From Geosiphon pyriformis uo1 (taxonomy: Eukaryota; Fungi; Glomeromycota), in NCBI GenBank assembly GCA_016748015.1, contig JAAOMT010000760.1, positions 859,237 through 923,236 on the forward strand: a stretch of 64,000 bases of DNA. Reading direction: 5' to 3'. Every line of letters begins with the position of its first letter. Position 1 is the first letter of the stretch. The notes under the pieces were generated by a model. The model had not been told where the DNA came from and searched no databases. It worked only from the letters and a program-made list of their open reading frames with translations. Made by a program: the position numbers and the translations under genes. This document shows positions 1-13,325 of the stretch, piece after piece.

Positions 1-3000
1 TAATTTTATACTTTATTTTTATAAATTAAATTCATAATAAAAATCTTTAAAAATACTAAAATTAAAAACTAAAAAAAATGTTAAATTTTTGAATATTATC
101 TAATTTTTAAAGATAATTTTTAAAACAAATTTGATAAAATATTAAAATAGAATAATAATAGTTATTTTATAAGTTATAAAACAATAATAAACTTAATACA
201 CTAAAAAATTAAGTTTAGAGTTATTATTTTTATATTAAAAACTTTTTAGTAGTATTAAAAAAACATATTTTTTAAATAGGTTAAGTAACAAAACTAAATT
301 GTTAATAGTATGATTAAATATTTTTTGCCAAAAATCTATAATTAATAGTTATAACAAAGTCGAAATTGTAAATACAACAAAAATAATTCTGGAATTTTTG
401 CAGAAAATCATTAAAGAAAAATAAAAGCTTTTTTCTTTTTTATAATAGACTTTATATCAGTTCCAATCATATTTGTAATAATATAAAATACTATAATATC
501 TAAATTTTTATAAAACAACTTTAATATATTATTAATTTCTTTAAGTTTTCTTAAAATTTTTGTTTTATAATATAAGTAAAACTCACTTTTATAGAACTTA
601 ATAACAACTTTTTTATAATTTATAATACTTATTCTGAAAATAATAGTATTTAATTTAAAACTTAAAATTATATTTACTTTTATGTTAATAAAAAATTTAA
701 TAAAAAATGCTTTATTGACTATTTTAAGATCTAATTATAAAATTCTATACAAAAACTTATTAATTTAGAGAACTAAATAGGGAAATAAACTTCTGAATTA
801 AGTATTATACAGAATACATAAGATTTAAAAATATATTTTTTTAAATCATTGTTTTTAAAGTCTTGTAATAATATATTATCTTAAAAAAAATTATATTTTT
901 GTAAAATGTTTTGAAAATACATTCTAAAATCTGCAGCATGTTTTTATTTCAGTAAATATTTTTAATTTAACTACTATTTATATCTTTTATATTAAGATTA
1001 TAGAATATATAAAAAAGTCTATAATTCTTAGCATTAATAATAATTAATATGTAGTCTTAATTTTAATAATAATTATTATAAAAAAAATATGTAGAATATT
1101 TATAATACTGTTAATATATATTTAAAATAAAAGTATTTTGTCAGTTATGCTTATTTTTAAATACTTAAAATTTTATGAAATCCATAGTTTTGTTTTTAAT
1201 ATTGCAGTTATTTAACTATTTTAGAAATATAAGATAATAATTTACATAAACTTTGTTTTTTATATTATTATATTAATTGTCTTAATTAATAACTAAATCC
1301 CAAATTTTTAACACTTTTTTATAATATTTTTGCACCTATAGTTACATCAATACAACTTCATTACTTTAATTATCACTAAAATTGCTTAATTTTTTTAAAA
1401 TTTGGTTGAATATTCTCTTTTTTTCTTTTAACAGTCCTTTTAAAAATAAGTAGTCTGATTTATACTTTATTAATTTGTTCTTGATTTGTTTGGCAATCTG
1501 GAATCCTAATTAGTAATTATTAAGATTAATAAATTTAACATAAAATATTAAAAAAAATAAGCAGATTATTTGAACAATACTTGTATATATAAAAAAAACA
1601 ATAATTATATAACTGATAGTAGAAAATAAGTTGAAAAATTAAAACAAATATTATTAATAAAAAATAAGTAATAAACAATATTATAAAAAGACATTATTTA
1701 AAGCCATACTAAAAAAAAAATGTGAAGTATAAAAAAGTAATTTTTACAACTTTTTTATTTTATATTATTTTTCAATGCTTGAGTTACAAAGTTATTATCT
1801 GTCATATTTATTTGAATTAACATATTTTGTAATTTTTACACTTGTATTTTCTATTTATTTTTTTTATTTAAATTATTTGCTTCTTTTTTTAGCTCTTTTT
1901 TTTCATCAATATTTGGTCACTTTTTTCCTTTCAATTTTTTCTCTAATTCACTTAACCTATCTTTTTTTAATCTTTTATAAACTTTTCAAGTTTTTTTATA
2001 TATTTTCTATATTTATTTATAATCACTTCTAATTAATATTCGATATTTTCAACAGTAGCTATAGTGTTTTGTATATTTGTTATAATTTGGAAAAATAAAT
2101 ATGTTTGGTTCATATTAATAACATTTTAAATTTTACTAATATAATTGTTATTTATAAATATTGTATTATAGAATATTCCTTAATGTATTTATTAAAGTAT
2201 ATTTGTTAGTTAAATCTAAGTTATTATTGTTTTATATTTTAACATTATTTAAAAATTGTTTAATTATTATAAAATATAAACTTGAATATATTAAAAATAA
2301 AATATTGTCAAATAATTTTAAATCTTAAATATTTAATTGATAATATTATTTTAACATTAGTTTTAAATCAATTATTATATATTTAAAGATTTAATTTAAA
2401 TTATATGTTATATTTCTATTGTATTTAATTATGTAACTTATATATATAATTATGTTCCATAATTTTTAAGTCATAAAATTGAAAACCACATTTTGAAATA
2501 TTACGAATTAGAATTATGAATTGGCTCAGTATTATGTGCATACTTTCCCAACACAAAATATTTTCTTTGTAAATATCTAGAATTTAAGCAAATATCAAAA
2601 TCATGGAACCAAATTAAAATTTCAGCTGAAGTATTTTTTTTAGATGGTAGAAATTCTGAGGAAATTTTGGTTTACAAAAATTTCTCTTTCTAAAAGATTT
2701 TCGAGGCAGATAGTTTATTTCTGAATTAAGTTTAATTTTTTTTAAAGAAATGCTAAAGTTCTAAGCAATTTTACTCATACTAGACTTTACTTTGGAGTGA
2801 AAATAGGGTACTTTGAGTAATAATGATAGCAAAAACTTTCTCAAATACAGTTCTAGTTTGAATTCATCAAATATTTTGGGAATTCTAAAATGTCATTTGT
2901 AAATAATTAACTTTAAAGTAGATTTTTCTCTATTAATTTCATATTTTAGCTTTTGGTCTTGTTCTCACATGTTGAATTCAATTGATCAATTCTATATATA

Positions 3001-6000
3001 CATTTAGAACATTCTCCTTAGAAAACAAAAATGTACTAACAACTTTTTTTTGAAATTGGTAAATTGTAACATGTTGAATTATTAAAAAAATTCACTTAAT
3101 AATATTTATAGGTCCGAATTTAATAAATTCCACTGATTTTTTATACAAATTTCCGGAACTAAAAGTATGCTTCAATAAAAACAATGCAAAGAGCATTTAA
3201 TGAAAAAGTTTTATAATAAATTGTTATTAGTTTTTACCCAAATTTTTTAATCTGACCAAAACTTTATAATTCTTATTAATTTTTACTATTCAGAACCAGA
3301 AATTAACGATCAATTAAATCAATGAAAAATAATATGTGATTATTTGCAACTAATTTTATCAAAATCATATTTTTTTGCTTTTGAAATAAAGCCAGTTAAA
3401 AATTTTAAAACTTCAAAAATGCCATCTTTATTATAAATATTATTGTAAAAAATCTAAATATTTTTATATAAATAAAAAAATTTTTCATTAATAATTCATA
3501 TAAAAAATAATTTGTGTACATAAAATATTAAATTAATTTAATTTTGAAAAAAGTTTGATAAAACTTTTTTGTAATCAAATAAATCGTGCATCTGCACTGA
3601 TATTACATCTATTTTGTTTATCTAAAATAAAGTTTTAGATTTATGAGTTTTTATTTGGTAAGTTTGTTTTGAATAAATAAATGAAATGAAAAATTAAATG
3701 CTGTACAATACAACTCAAATATTCTACATAAAAATTCTTTTTAAATTATTGTGAAAACCATTAGCTATAATTTATTCACAATTACGGAAACACTTACAGG
3801 TATAAAATAATATTTTCTACATAAATAATCATTAAATATTATTATAAATGTTTTTTTTTGCAATTAAATTAGAAAAATTTGAAGAGATATGAAAAATTAA
3901 AAGCATGAACAAACTGGTGTTATAAAACTTAGTTTAAATGGTTTATAGATGGCCAAAATATAAATTAAATTAATTCAATTAAAGTATTTTTTTAATAAAT
4001 CTGTGTGACATTTGTCTTTTCTAACATTAAACTCTTGTTAATATAATTTGTTTCACATCTTTATTGTGTCTATTGTAAATACATCCTTGAATAATATGAA
4101 ATATGAAAGACATTATAAATTTTTTAAAGCTATAAAGCCATTGACTACTGTTGGTATACCAGACAATTTAATATAATTTGGAATTTACAGAAATTATATG
4201 GATTAATTATAAATAAGTAGCTCAAAGTCAAGAACTATTATGTTTAATAAATAATTTTCCATTTTATAACACCAATTGTTTTATGACCAATTAGTCAAAA
4301 TTAATAAGATTTCAAATTAATTTTTTAATTTTTATTGTTAAAACGATTATATTAATTAGAAAATTTTTTATAAAATCTATGATTTAAGTCTGAATATGAA
4401 AAAATTTTTAATATTTTTGCAAAAATTTTATTTACTGTTTGTATTTTTTATGCAAACGATTTTTGTTAATTTATTAAATAAGAAAATCATCAATTAATTA
4501 ATTCTTAGCTATAAAGTATAAAAAATTTAGATATTAAGTTAGGATTCTAATTTTATTGCGATTTGAAAACTACAATGAACTTTTAAAATTAAGAATTTTA
4601 AAAAAACTTATTACACAAGTACTCAGAAAAAACTAAAACCACACATTGACATTCAATAAATATGTTTATATTTGCTTTAAAAACAAAATTAGATTGTAAT
4701 TATCAAAGTTTTTATTTGAATAATAATTTAAGTTGTTAAATTTTATACCAAAATTTATACATTATATGTTATATAGATACAATATTACTTTTATTAAAAT
4801 GTTGCAAATAAGATATTAAACCAAGAAATTTATTATCATATGATCAATAAAATTTAAAAGAAGCCAAATCTATTAACTAATTTTCAAAAATAACTATTGC
4901 TGAATTGTTTTTTTGGATTCAGAAATACTTTTGTAAATGAATTAATAGAATTATTAACAAGACATAATAAAATTCAAATAATTTTCATGTATTCAAGAAA
5001 GCAATTGCAAAATAATAAAATGGCAAATAGATTTTATAATCTATTATATAGTTGGTATTCATGTCTCTTTTTCCTAATTAATGTGTGAAATATTTGTGTT
5101 TTTGATTGTATTTGGCAATTTTTTGGCAGTATATATTATGTAACTTTTATATGAGGTCTTAAGTCTAAAAGTTAAAATATAATAATATAATAATATAATT
5201 CTATGTTATATTGCTTAACTAATCTCTTGAATTTTAATTTTAATTAAATAGCTTTTTTTTTCTTTCGAAATTAAAATAGATTTAAATAATTTTTATCCAT
5301 TTATTGTACATGTATATTTAAATGACTAAAAAAATGATTTTCAATAGTTTATTTATTTTTAACAAAGTTTCTTGCTAGTATTGAGTTTTATTTAAGATAA
5401 GTAGATGATTAAAACCTTTTTTGGCATAGAATGGAAGACGATTTGAGAATACATATAAACCTAAAATTATTAATAATTACATAAAAAAAGACTACTTAGT
5501 CTGGAAAAAGTTGAAAATTTTTTTTTGCAAAGATTTTGTCAAATAAAGCTTTCTTCTTTCAAAATTTGGATGAACTTCAAATAAAAAAAAAATGATTTAA
5601 TTAACCTTTTAAAATTCTCAAAAAAGGCTATTATTATTCTGTTTGAGATCAATTAATCACTTTAATTTCTCATTTTAATGCATGAATGTTGAATAATAAT
5701 AATATTAATTTATATAATTTTCAGATTTAATTTATGATGCAAATTAGCCTGTTTTAATCTTTTTAAACTCAGTGTGTATTTGTTTGATAGATATCAAAAT
5801 AAGAAGCAAATAAATTTTGAAAGAGAATTTTTTGTGCTTTTATCAAGCTTAAAAAAAGTTTAATAATATCTGGCATTAGTTTTAATATCAAATTGCCAAG
5901 ATCCCGAAGTAAATGAAAATAAAAGCTACAATTTAAAAGAAAAGAAATAATAAGAAAATTTATAAATTTTTTTAATTAAAAGTAATAACAACTTATTTTA

Positions 6001-9000
6001 TAGCAATTAAAATTAAAAAATTGGAGAATAAAATAGATTTTATTATAAACTTAGTCAATTATATTAATAATTTGATAAAGTGTATAATTAATAAATTAAA
6101 TAATTTGGTTTTAAAAATATTTCTTAAGACAATGCCTTCTTTTTGATTTAAAAAAGTTTCAAATCTGTTTTTTTTTACTAAAATTGATTAATAATAATTC
6201 AAAAAATAAAAGATTAACAATTATTAAAATTACAATAAAAAAATATAATACAATCCAAATATTAATTTAATTAGGTAAAAAAAAAACTTGGCAACTAAGA
6301 AACACTAATGGAAATTAATATTTAATACATGTAATCTGATAACAAAAGACTTTATTATGTTTTAAAATTCTTACTTAATTTAATGTTTGATAATTTTAAA
6401 GCTTAAGTATTAATAATTAAAACATGATTTTTTATAATACTTTGTAGTATGAAAAATATTTTTTATATTTGAATTATATTAAATTTTTTCAAATAAAGTA
6501 TTTTTCTTTTAAAAAAACACTATTTCGAAATTAAGAATCCAAAGAAAATACCTTATTTTAATTTAACATAAAATAAATAAATTTTTAAAATCCAATAATT
6601 ACATAAAGACTTTATGTAATACTTTTATTATTATATAAAAATTTGATATGGCAATGCTTAAAATAAAATTTTTTACATTTTATAATCAAAGCTTTTTATT
6701 GTTACTATAAATTATTTTTCAAATCTTATTTAACATGTGTTTCATATAATAATTAAATTGTTTATTTCTAATTATGAAATCCTAAAGAGCTATTAATGTG
6801 TTCAAATACTTTTTCAAGTATTCAAATAAAGCAAAAGTGATAAAAAGTAAAAACTTTTGAAAATTATATACATTATATTTATATTAATAATTTTTTTCAA
6901 ATAAAAAAAAGAAATTTAATTTATTTGCTCTTATACTAAAGTCTATAAATATGGATTTATCTGAAATTTTACTTGACTTTTTGGTTTATTAAATGATGAA
7001 AATATTTTCAAAATTGTGCTGTAAATTTTTTAAATGATAAATAAAATAGTTTAAAAACAAACTTTTATTTTAGATATGAGTAAGATACAATATTACAAAA
7101 TATTTTTTAAATTAACTATTATTTAATTAAAAATTATAGTCAAATCACAAAAACAATTATAGTATTTAAAATTATTACTGCTTAAACATTTAGATTTTTT
7201 ATCTTTTTAAAAACTCAATTAAAAAACAATATTTATTAATTCTAGACTTTAGGGTTCCCAAAACCACATAATATTTGTCAAAATTTTGTTTCAAATTCAA
7301 GTTTATAACTAATTAATAGAGCTTTTGAAATCTGAATCTTTAACAAATTATTAATATTTACATAATATACATATCATTATAATTATATCTTATCAAATTT
7401 CAATTTTATTTATTTATTACCATTATAATAAACTTTTAAAACCAATAACCATATTAATAAATTTGAACTAAATATCAAAGTTTAGAATTTTTTTATGTTT
7501 AAATTTTTTAATTATTAATCTTATTTGATAGATTAATAATTAAATATAAGGTTTTTGTTTAACATAGTTCGATAAAAAACAATAAATTCAATTTAAGTTA
7601 CTATCAAATCTATTGAATATATTTATCTCTTCTTGACAATACAATGCTATATTTATATTGATTTTCAAATTGTTAGTCTGAAAAAAGTTAAAATTGTTTA
7701 AAATAGATATAAAAATTAATAGAAATATTTATTTTTTTCATTAATATAAACAATTTACACAGCAATAGTTTACCAAAAAAGATGCCAAACAAGTTTGTTA
7801 TTATATAAATTATGAAGATATTGAAATATTTTATTATAAGACTTTCATAAATTATATATATATATATATAAACTTTATTAATCAATTGTGTTTTATTTTT
7901 TCAGTATTTTAACAGATCTGTGAATAAAATAATAAATATATAGAATATTAAATTCCAAAAAATTCAGCAATCTTAAATCTTGATGTATTAAACTCAGTAT
8001 TAAAATTTTGATATTTTCTATTCAGCTTAATTCTATTGATTTTAAGCAGTTTTTTCTTGTTTATTGTTCAAACTACTAAATTATATATATTTCAATTTAT
8101 TTTGAAACATACTAAAATTAAAACTTTTTTAAGGTTAAATAAAATTATGCCAATAAAAAGTTTTTTAAGAGTGTTAAATTAAAATAAAAGCTTTTTTCTT
8201 AGGTATTTATTAATATTTCATTTGGCACTAGCCTTTTTAAAATTAAAAAAAAAATTAAAATTTTAATTAAACTAATAAATGTCTTAATTATTTTAATAAA
8301 AATTTCCAAGAACAGTTAATTATTTAAATTATTAAGACATAAATTATAAAAACTCTTTACTTAAAAACTATATATTTTTGACTTTTTTTAAAAAAACAAA
8401 AAAAATCACATTAAAATATATTATCAAAATTAAATATACTGAAATAATAAACTCAATTTATGTAAAATAATTTTTTAGTCTTAATTATAAAAAAAAAAAC
8501 ATTAATTTAGAAATCTATATAAATTTTTTGTAAGTATATGTTGATAATGCTCTAACAAAAATAAACCTTTTTAAAATACATGTACTTTGAAATTTTTCAC
8601 ATAAATAAATTTAGAAATAATATTGAAAAATAATATTTGCTTAATAAAATAGTAAAATTATATCAGCTTATGCTAAAATTAACTAATTTCAATTAATTTA
8701 TTAGTTTAAAATAAATTTTTAATCTGTATAATTAATATAAATTTTAAAAAAAATTTACTATTTAAAATTGGCATGTTATTAAAATATAGCCAAAATTTTT
8801 TATTAAACAGTTTTTATAATCTAATCAAAAAAAAATTTCGTAATTAATAAAATAAGAAATTTAAACATCTATTATAAAAGAGTATTAACATTTAAAAGAT
8901 TAAATAAAAAAACTCTTTTTTGTCAATCCCCTAACCATGACAAGAGCGAATTTTACCAAAGTCTTAATTAGCTCTTTTCTCTTTTACCCTCTGTTTTCTT

Positions 9001-9037
9001 TCTAATTATTCCTTCCGATTTTCTTTCTTTTGTTGCG

Positions 9038-10988
9038 ATGGAACCAGTAAACTCCTCTGCTGGTGGTTCTAGTTTTGTTTCAACTGGGTTGGAGACCCAG
9101 TCTAATAATAAAAAGAAAGCACATGTTAAGAGCATATATTCTTGTGGTTCTTTGTATAATAAATCTAAAATTCCTAAAAATACTGATGGTGTGGTCAATT
9201 CATTGCCTGGTCCTATTCCTGGCAACATTTTACAAGCTGGTGATTTAAATTGAAAGGTGTCTTGGGACAGAAAGTGAGGATGCTAATATTAGTGAGGTAT
9301 CTAACTTGGAAAACATGGGTAATATGGTGGCAGAAGAAATGAGTTACGTAGATTCCAACAATTCCAAAGCTAACAATATGGTGGATAATATGACTCCAAG
9401 AAAGACATGAACAAGAACATATGTTCTGGGACAACTGCCAAAGAAGCTTTCTTTCAATGTTATGAGTAACGTCAATAACGTTTTAGAACTCCCATCTCCC
9501 AAGTTTCAAGGTTCCAATCAACTGCCAAGTGCCAAGTCATGTGTTCTGGAAAAAAAAAGCTTCGAGCCAGTAAAATCATTTGTATTAGATATTGAGCTTT
9601 TGGCTGTTCCAGAGAAAAATGTTAGTGAGAAATTAATTTCAATTAAAAAAATTTTTTATCAAATAAATGGTTTTGAAGGAGCTTCTACTCCCTCAAAATT
9701 CCCAGAGATTATTAGATCCTCCTTTACTTCTGAGTTGAGTCTTAATAAGGCTAAGAAATTGGCAATTTGTGGAAAGATTTTAGTAAATAATGATGTTAAA
9801 AAGTTGGGTGTTTGTTCAAATTGGGAAATAATTGTCAAGGAAATTCCAGTAGATCTTTCCAAATTAGCAGTTGAGTCAGTTTTTGCTAAGTTTGGTAAGA
9901 TTGTGTCAATCAAGATGTAATTAATTGGTTTGTGGCAGAAAGCTTTGGTTGAGTTTGAATCACCAGAGGTGGCTAGTTTGGTTGCTTCTAAATAGTCTGT
10001 TTTCATGGAAAAAGATTCTGTGCAGATGGCATTGGCTGTTGAAGATAAACAATCTTGGGTGTTCAGAAATCAGCATAGGGCCTTGCTCTATACTTTGCCA
10101 GTTGGCACTACTGCTCATGATTTGTTTAGTTTACTTGATTCATATGGTAAAAAAACCTGTTTTATTGGTTGCAATCCTAGTTCTTATGTCCATAACAGAT
10201 GTGCTATGGTTTGTTTTACTGATGAGAAATCAAAGTTGGCTGTGATTGATTCTAATCCAGTTTTTAAGGGTGTGAATTTGCAATGGGCTGGTCTTTTTCT
10301 GGCTTGTTGCACCAAATGTAAACAAATTGGTCACATCTTTAATGCATGTTCATCTGGTGAGATTTCTGGAGTTTGTGGAAAGCGAGTGGTAACTGACCAG
10401 AATCAGGTTTGTCTGGCTGGTATTTATAAGAAGAAACAAGCTTCTATTGTCTGTCCAGTTTCTTTTGGTGGTAGAACTTGGGCTCAGGTAGCTGGTGGTT
10501 TCTTTTCTTGTGTAACTCCTTCAGTTCCTTTTGGTGTTGGTCTGTTTTTTGTTGCTAAGACCTCTCTATTTACTTCTGATTTGTCTGGCAATCATAACGT
10601 GTATGGTTGTTTGGCTTCTTTGGAACACTTTTTAGAACTTTTGGCTGACCAGGTTTCTGGTATTTTGGAGAGATTGGGTTCCATAAAATTGGTGTTTTTG
10701 GCGATTACATTTGATGCTTCTCCCCCAGCAGTTCCAGTGTGTGTGGTTTTAGGTATAGATTTGAATATGGTATTGGATTGTACTTCATTGATTTCCAATC
10801 CCTTTCCTTCTGTCATCAGTGATACAGCTCCCATCATAAGTCCAAGTAGTTCTAAAGTTTTGACTACCAAGATCGGTGATTTAGAATCTAAGATGGTGGC
10901 TTTGGAAGTTTTGGTTGAATCTGTTTTAGAAAAATTAGATTGTTTATGCTCAGATTTGGGTTCATTGGCTGCCTCTATTTCTAAATGA
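9038..10988 (+). pseudogene. LINE ORF1 (RRM-like nucleic-acid-binding region + CCHC knuckle), interrupted by stops
   Basis: ORF pieces 9038-9253, 9462-9920 and 10005-10988; IIVKEIPVDL..FAKFGKIVSIKM and RALLYTLPVGTTAHDL (RRM-like); CTKCKQIGHIFNAC = CX2CX4HX4C; homologous to 54813-56100 and 61876-63716. Confidence 0.85.
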
Positions 10989-11538
10989 GTGTTTTGGTTT
11001 GGAAAATTGCCATGTGCAATATAAGAGGCATGAACAATTCTGTGAAACAAGATGATATTATTCATTGGCATAAGGAGACAAACAATTTAATTTTTATTGT
11101 TACTAAGACCAAGTTAAAGGGTAAAATTTGCCCATAGATCATGAATAAGTTTGATGATGTTCAGGTGTTCACTTTTGATTTGGATTCTGGTCATGTGAGC
11201 TCTGGCATTGTAATTGTCATGAACATTTCTTTGGTAAGACATGTGTGCAAAGTTTCTGAGGTGCTTGGTCAGCTCCTGTCTATTAAGCTGCTTTTCAAGA
11301 ATAAACTTTCTGTGACTATTTTGGGGCTATATGCTGGTGCTTCTTCAATGATTTGGTTTTCTCAGGCTGGTAAAGTCAACTTTCTTATTGCTAAGGCTGT
11401 TAATGAATCTTCTTTATTGTTTTGGATGGTAATTTCAATGAGGACAGTTTGCGTAAGGGTGCAAGTTTTAAAAAATGTCTAAACTTGGGGCTGATCAACT
11501 CTTTGTCAGGTAGCCCAGTAGTAAAAAGTCTTACATGG
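10985..11538 (+). pseudogene. LINE ORF2 fragment, apurinic endonuclease (APE/EEP) domain
   Basis: WKIAMCNIRGMN..KQDDII..TKTKL, SGIVIVM, ILGLYA, (D)GNFNE motifs; ATG overlaps the ORF1 stop (ATGA). Confidence 0.85.
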
Positions 11539-12518
11539 TATTACCAGAAAGTTTTGGTCTCTTTTTTTGAATGTTTGTTAATGTTGCTTTGCTGTTAATT
11601 CATGTTTTCAGGAAGTAGTTGGATCTCCAGTAACTGAATTTATCTTCAAATTATCTTCTATAATTTGAACTTGCTGGGCTTATGAGTAGAATGGCCAATT
11701 CTGTGCCAATTACTTTGTATAGTTACATTGTAGTAAACATCAACTCTTTCCCAGGAATTGCTTGTCTAAAAGTTCACTAAAATATGTAGTTACTTTGCTG
11801 TGAAAGTCAACTTTTCTACAGGAATCTTGTCTGTAGGCTACTCTAATGATTGTAATAAGAAAAGAAAAGAAAAATAAAAGAAATGTAAAAGAAATAGAAT
11901 TTTGTCAAGGGAAACGTTTTCAATCCAGGCCTGGAATCACTAACAGTTTATTGAAATTGGTAGCTAATCAATTTCAAAACGTTAGTTGAGTTTTGAGAAT
12001 TTTCCAAATGCAATAATTAAAGAGTTTTTGGTTTTTCAAATTATTTTATTTTTATTCTTTTTGTGTATGTAAGAGTGGTTCTAAGTAATAAATCTAAAGT
12101 AAGATATATTTTCTCAAAGAGAGAAGCTCTTCTTTTATACAACTTGTCATAATACTATTTTATGAACTTGAATTTTGCTATTTTCTACAATTTCACTGAA
12201 CTAAAGATATATTTCAGCGAATTACAAGTTATTTCTGTGAACTATTAAATATTTTGGTAAGCTATTAATTATTTCGGCAAATTTTTACAAATTTTGGCGA
12301 ACTTTTGAATGTTACATAGTTCGGGGTATTGCATGATTGATCATTGCAATTAGGTTACATTTGTGTTGTGTACAAATTGGGTTATTAATTAAATGACAAT
12401 TTCAAACATTTTGCTAATGTAATAAGTGATAATTTGAAATGATAATATATGCTAATTAATAATAGGAATTATAAGATAATTTTATGCTAAATAATATTTC
12501 TAATTTTGTCTAGTAACA
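11539..12518 (-). repeat. 3' LTR of element A (980 bp)
   Basis: Direct repeat of 20434-21412; tattaccag...ctagtaaca. Confidence 0.95.
12190..12305. repeat. Six ~20-bp units with core TTTCGGCGAA(C/T)T in U3 of LTR A (also ~21083-21198 and ~53845-53942)
   Basis: tttcactgaact, tttcagcgaatt, tttctgtgaact, ttttggtaagct, tttcggcaaatt, ttttggcgaact. Confidence 0.75.
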
Positions 12519-12521
12519 TAA

Positions 12522-12531
12522 CCTCCTCCTC
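12522..12531 (-). promoter_or_regulatory. Polypurine tract of element A (GAGGAGGAGG)
   Basis: Purine run 3 nt before the 3' LTR on the minus strand. Confidence 0.85.
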
Positions 12532-13206
12532 AAGACTGAGCTCCATCGAAGTCCAAGTACTGTCTGTCATTTACAAATAATAATCCAAAATTATTGAAGA
12601 AATTTGGTTTGAAAATTGTTGAAATTTCAGTTCTGTGAGCTTTCCAATGTGTTGAATCTTTAAAGATTGAAAAATTGGGTTTTGTAGTACGTTTTTACAG
12701 GTGTGGAATAGGTCATAAAGTCTAAGAGCAGCTCTGAGCCTGTAGCGACTGTTTGTTGATCCAGCTGTTGTCTTGAATTTGTTGTGGAGTTGTTTCTGAA
12801 TAGCTTTTTTTGTAAGATTTGTTGTTGTAAGTTCCAATTTCCATTTGTAGAGTGTTTTTTCAATGTGAAAATATCTATAAATTGGAGGATATTCAGTGTT
12901 TTCTTCATTGAGATACAGTTAAAGTCTTTGTTGAATTGTAGCATTTAGTGAAATACTAATCAGAGTGAGCATTAGGTTTTCTTTTAAAGCAAGCTTTAAA
13001 AGTTCTGGCAGGTAAATTCCAGTATAACTTTTTGTGTTCTTCTTATATGAGTGATATTTTTGTGAATTTGGGGCTAAATTTATAACTACTTCTGTTTAGA
13101 TATAATTAATGTGGTTTCCAGTAACAGTAATAGATAATTCAGGTATTGTTTTTAAAGCTAATATTAGTTTTTGGAATAATTGTTGAATGTTTTGAGGAAT
13201 AGTCAT
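12530..13206 (-). pseudogene. Accessory ORF3 of element A (~210-225 codons, unknown function)
   Basis: ATG 13206 MTIPQNIQQLFQKL... is in frame with track ORF 12571-12837, with two internal TAA; a shifted tail LDFDGAQS* overlaps the PPT; homologous ORFs in B and C. Confidence 0.8.
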
Positions 13207-13325
13207 TATAAGCAATTTGAAATAAAAGAAAATTATTTTTGGTGTATGGGTTTTTATGTTATTTTTGTTTTGTTTTTGTGAAATTGTTTCTAAATTATAA
13301 GAGAATAACTTGTAAAATTAAATTA

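Larger units (their letters stand above)
8906..11538 (+). mobile_element. LINE-like non-LTR retrotransposon (LINE-a), 5' part only; cut off at an LTR inside the endonuclease domain
   Basis: Starts AAAAAAACTCTTTTTTGTC like the other non-LTR copies; ORF1 remnants 9038-10988; ORF2 starts MSVLVWKIAMCNIRG (APE N-terminus) and stops at ...VKSLTW at the LTR. Confidence 0.9.

Noticed and set aside
1775-2032. 85-aa hydrophobic ORF resembling a membrane or mitochondrial protein
   Set aside because: F/L/I/Y richness is the antisense shadow of an A-rich strand; no motif
2400-8900. Genes or RNA genes in the long AT-rich stretch (ORFs 4897-5088 and 7688-7885)
   Set aside because: Short compositional ORFs; no tRNA/rRNA signature or repeat structure that I can support
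8924-8936. CCCCTAACC telomere-like word at the LINE 5' end
   Set aside because: Single unit, not tandem
8968-10006. Antisense ORFs over LINE and Gypsy coding regions (e.g. 8968-9228, 9659-10006, 10592-11071, 18744-19052, 24494-24889, 55473-55823)
   Set aside because: Shadow frames of the real coding strand; no independent motifs
12571-13206. ORF3 as an env gene
   Set aside because: Too short; no signal peptide, fusion peptide or TM anchor
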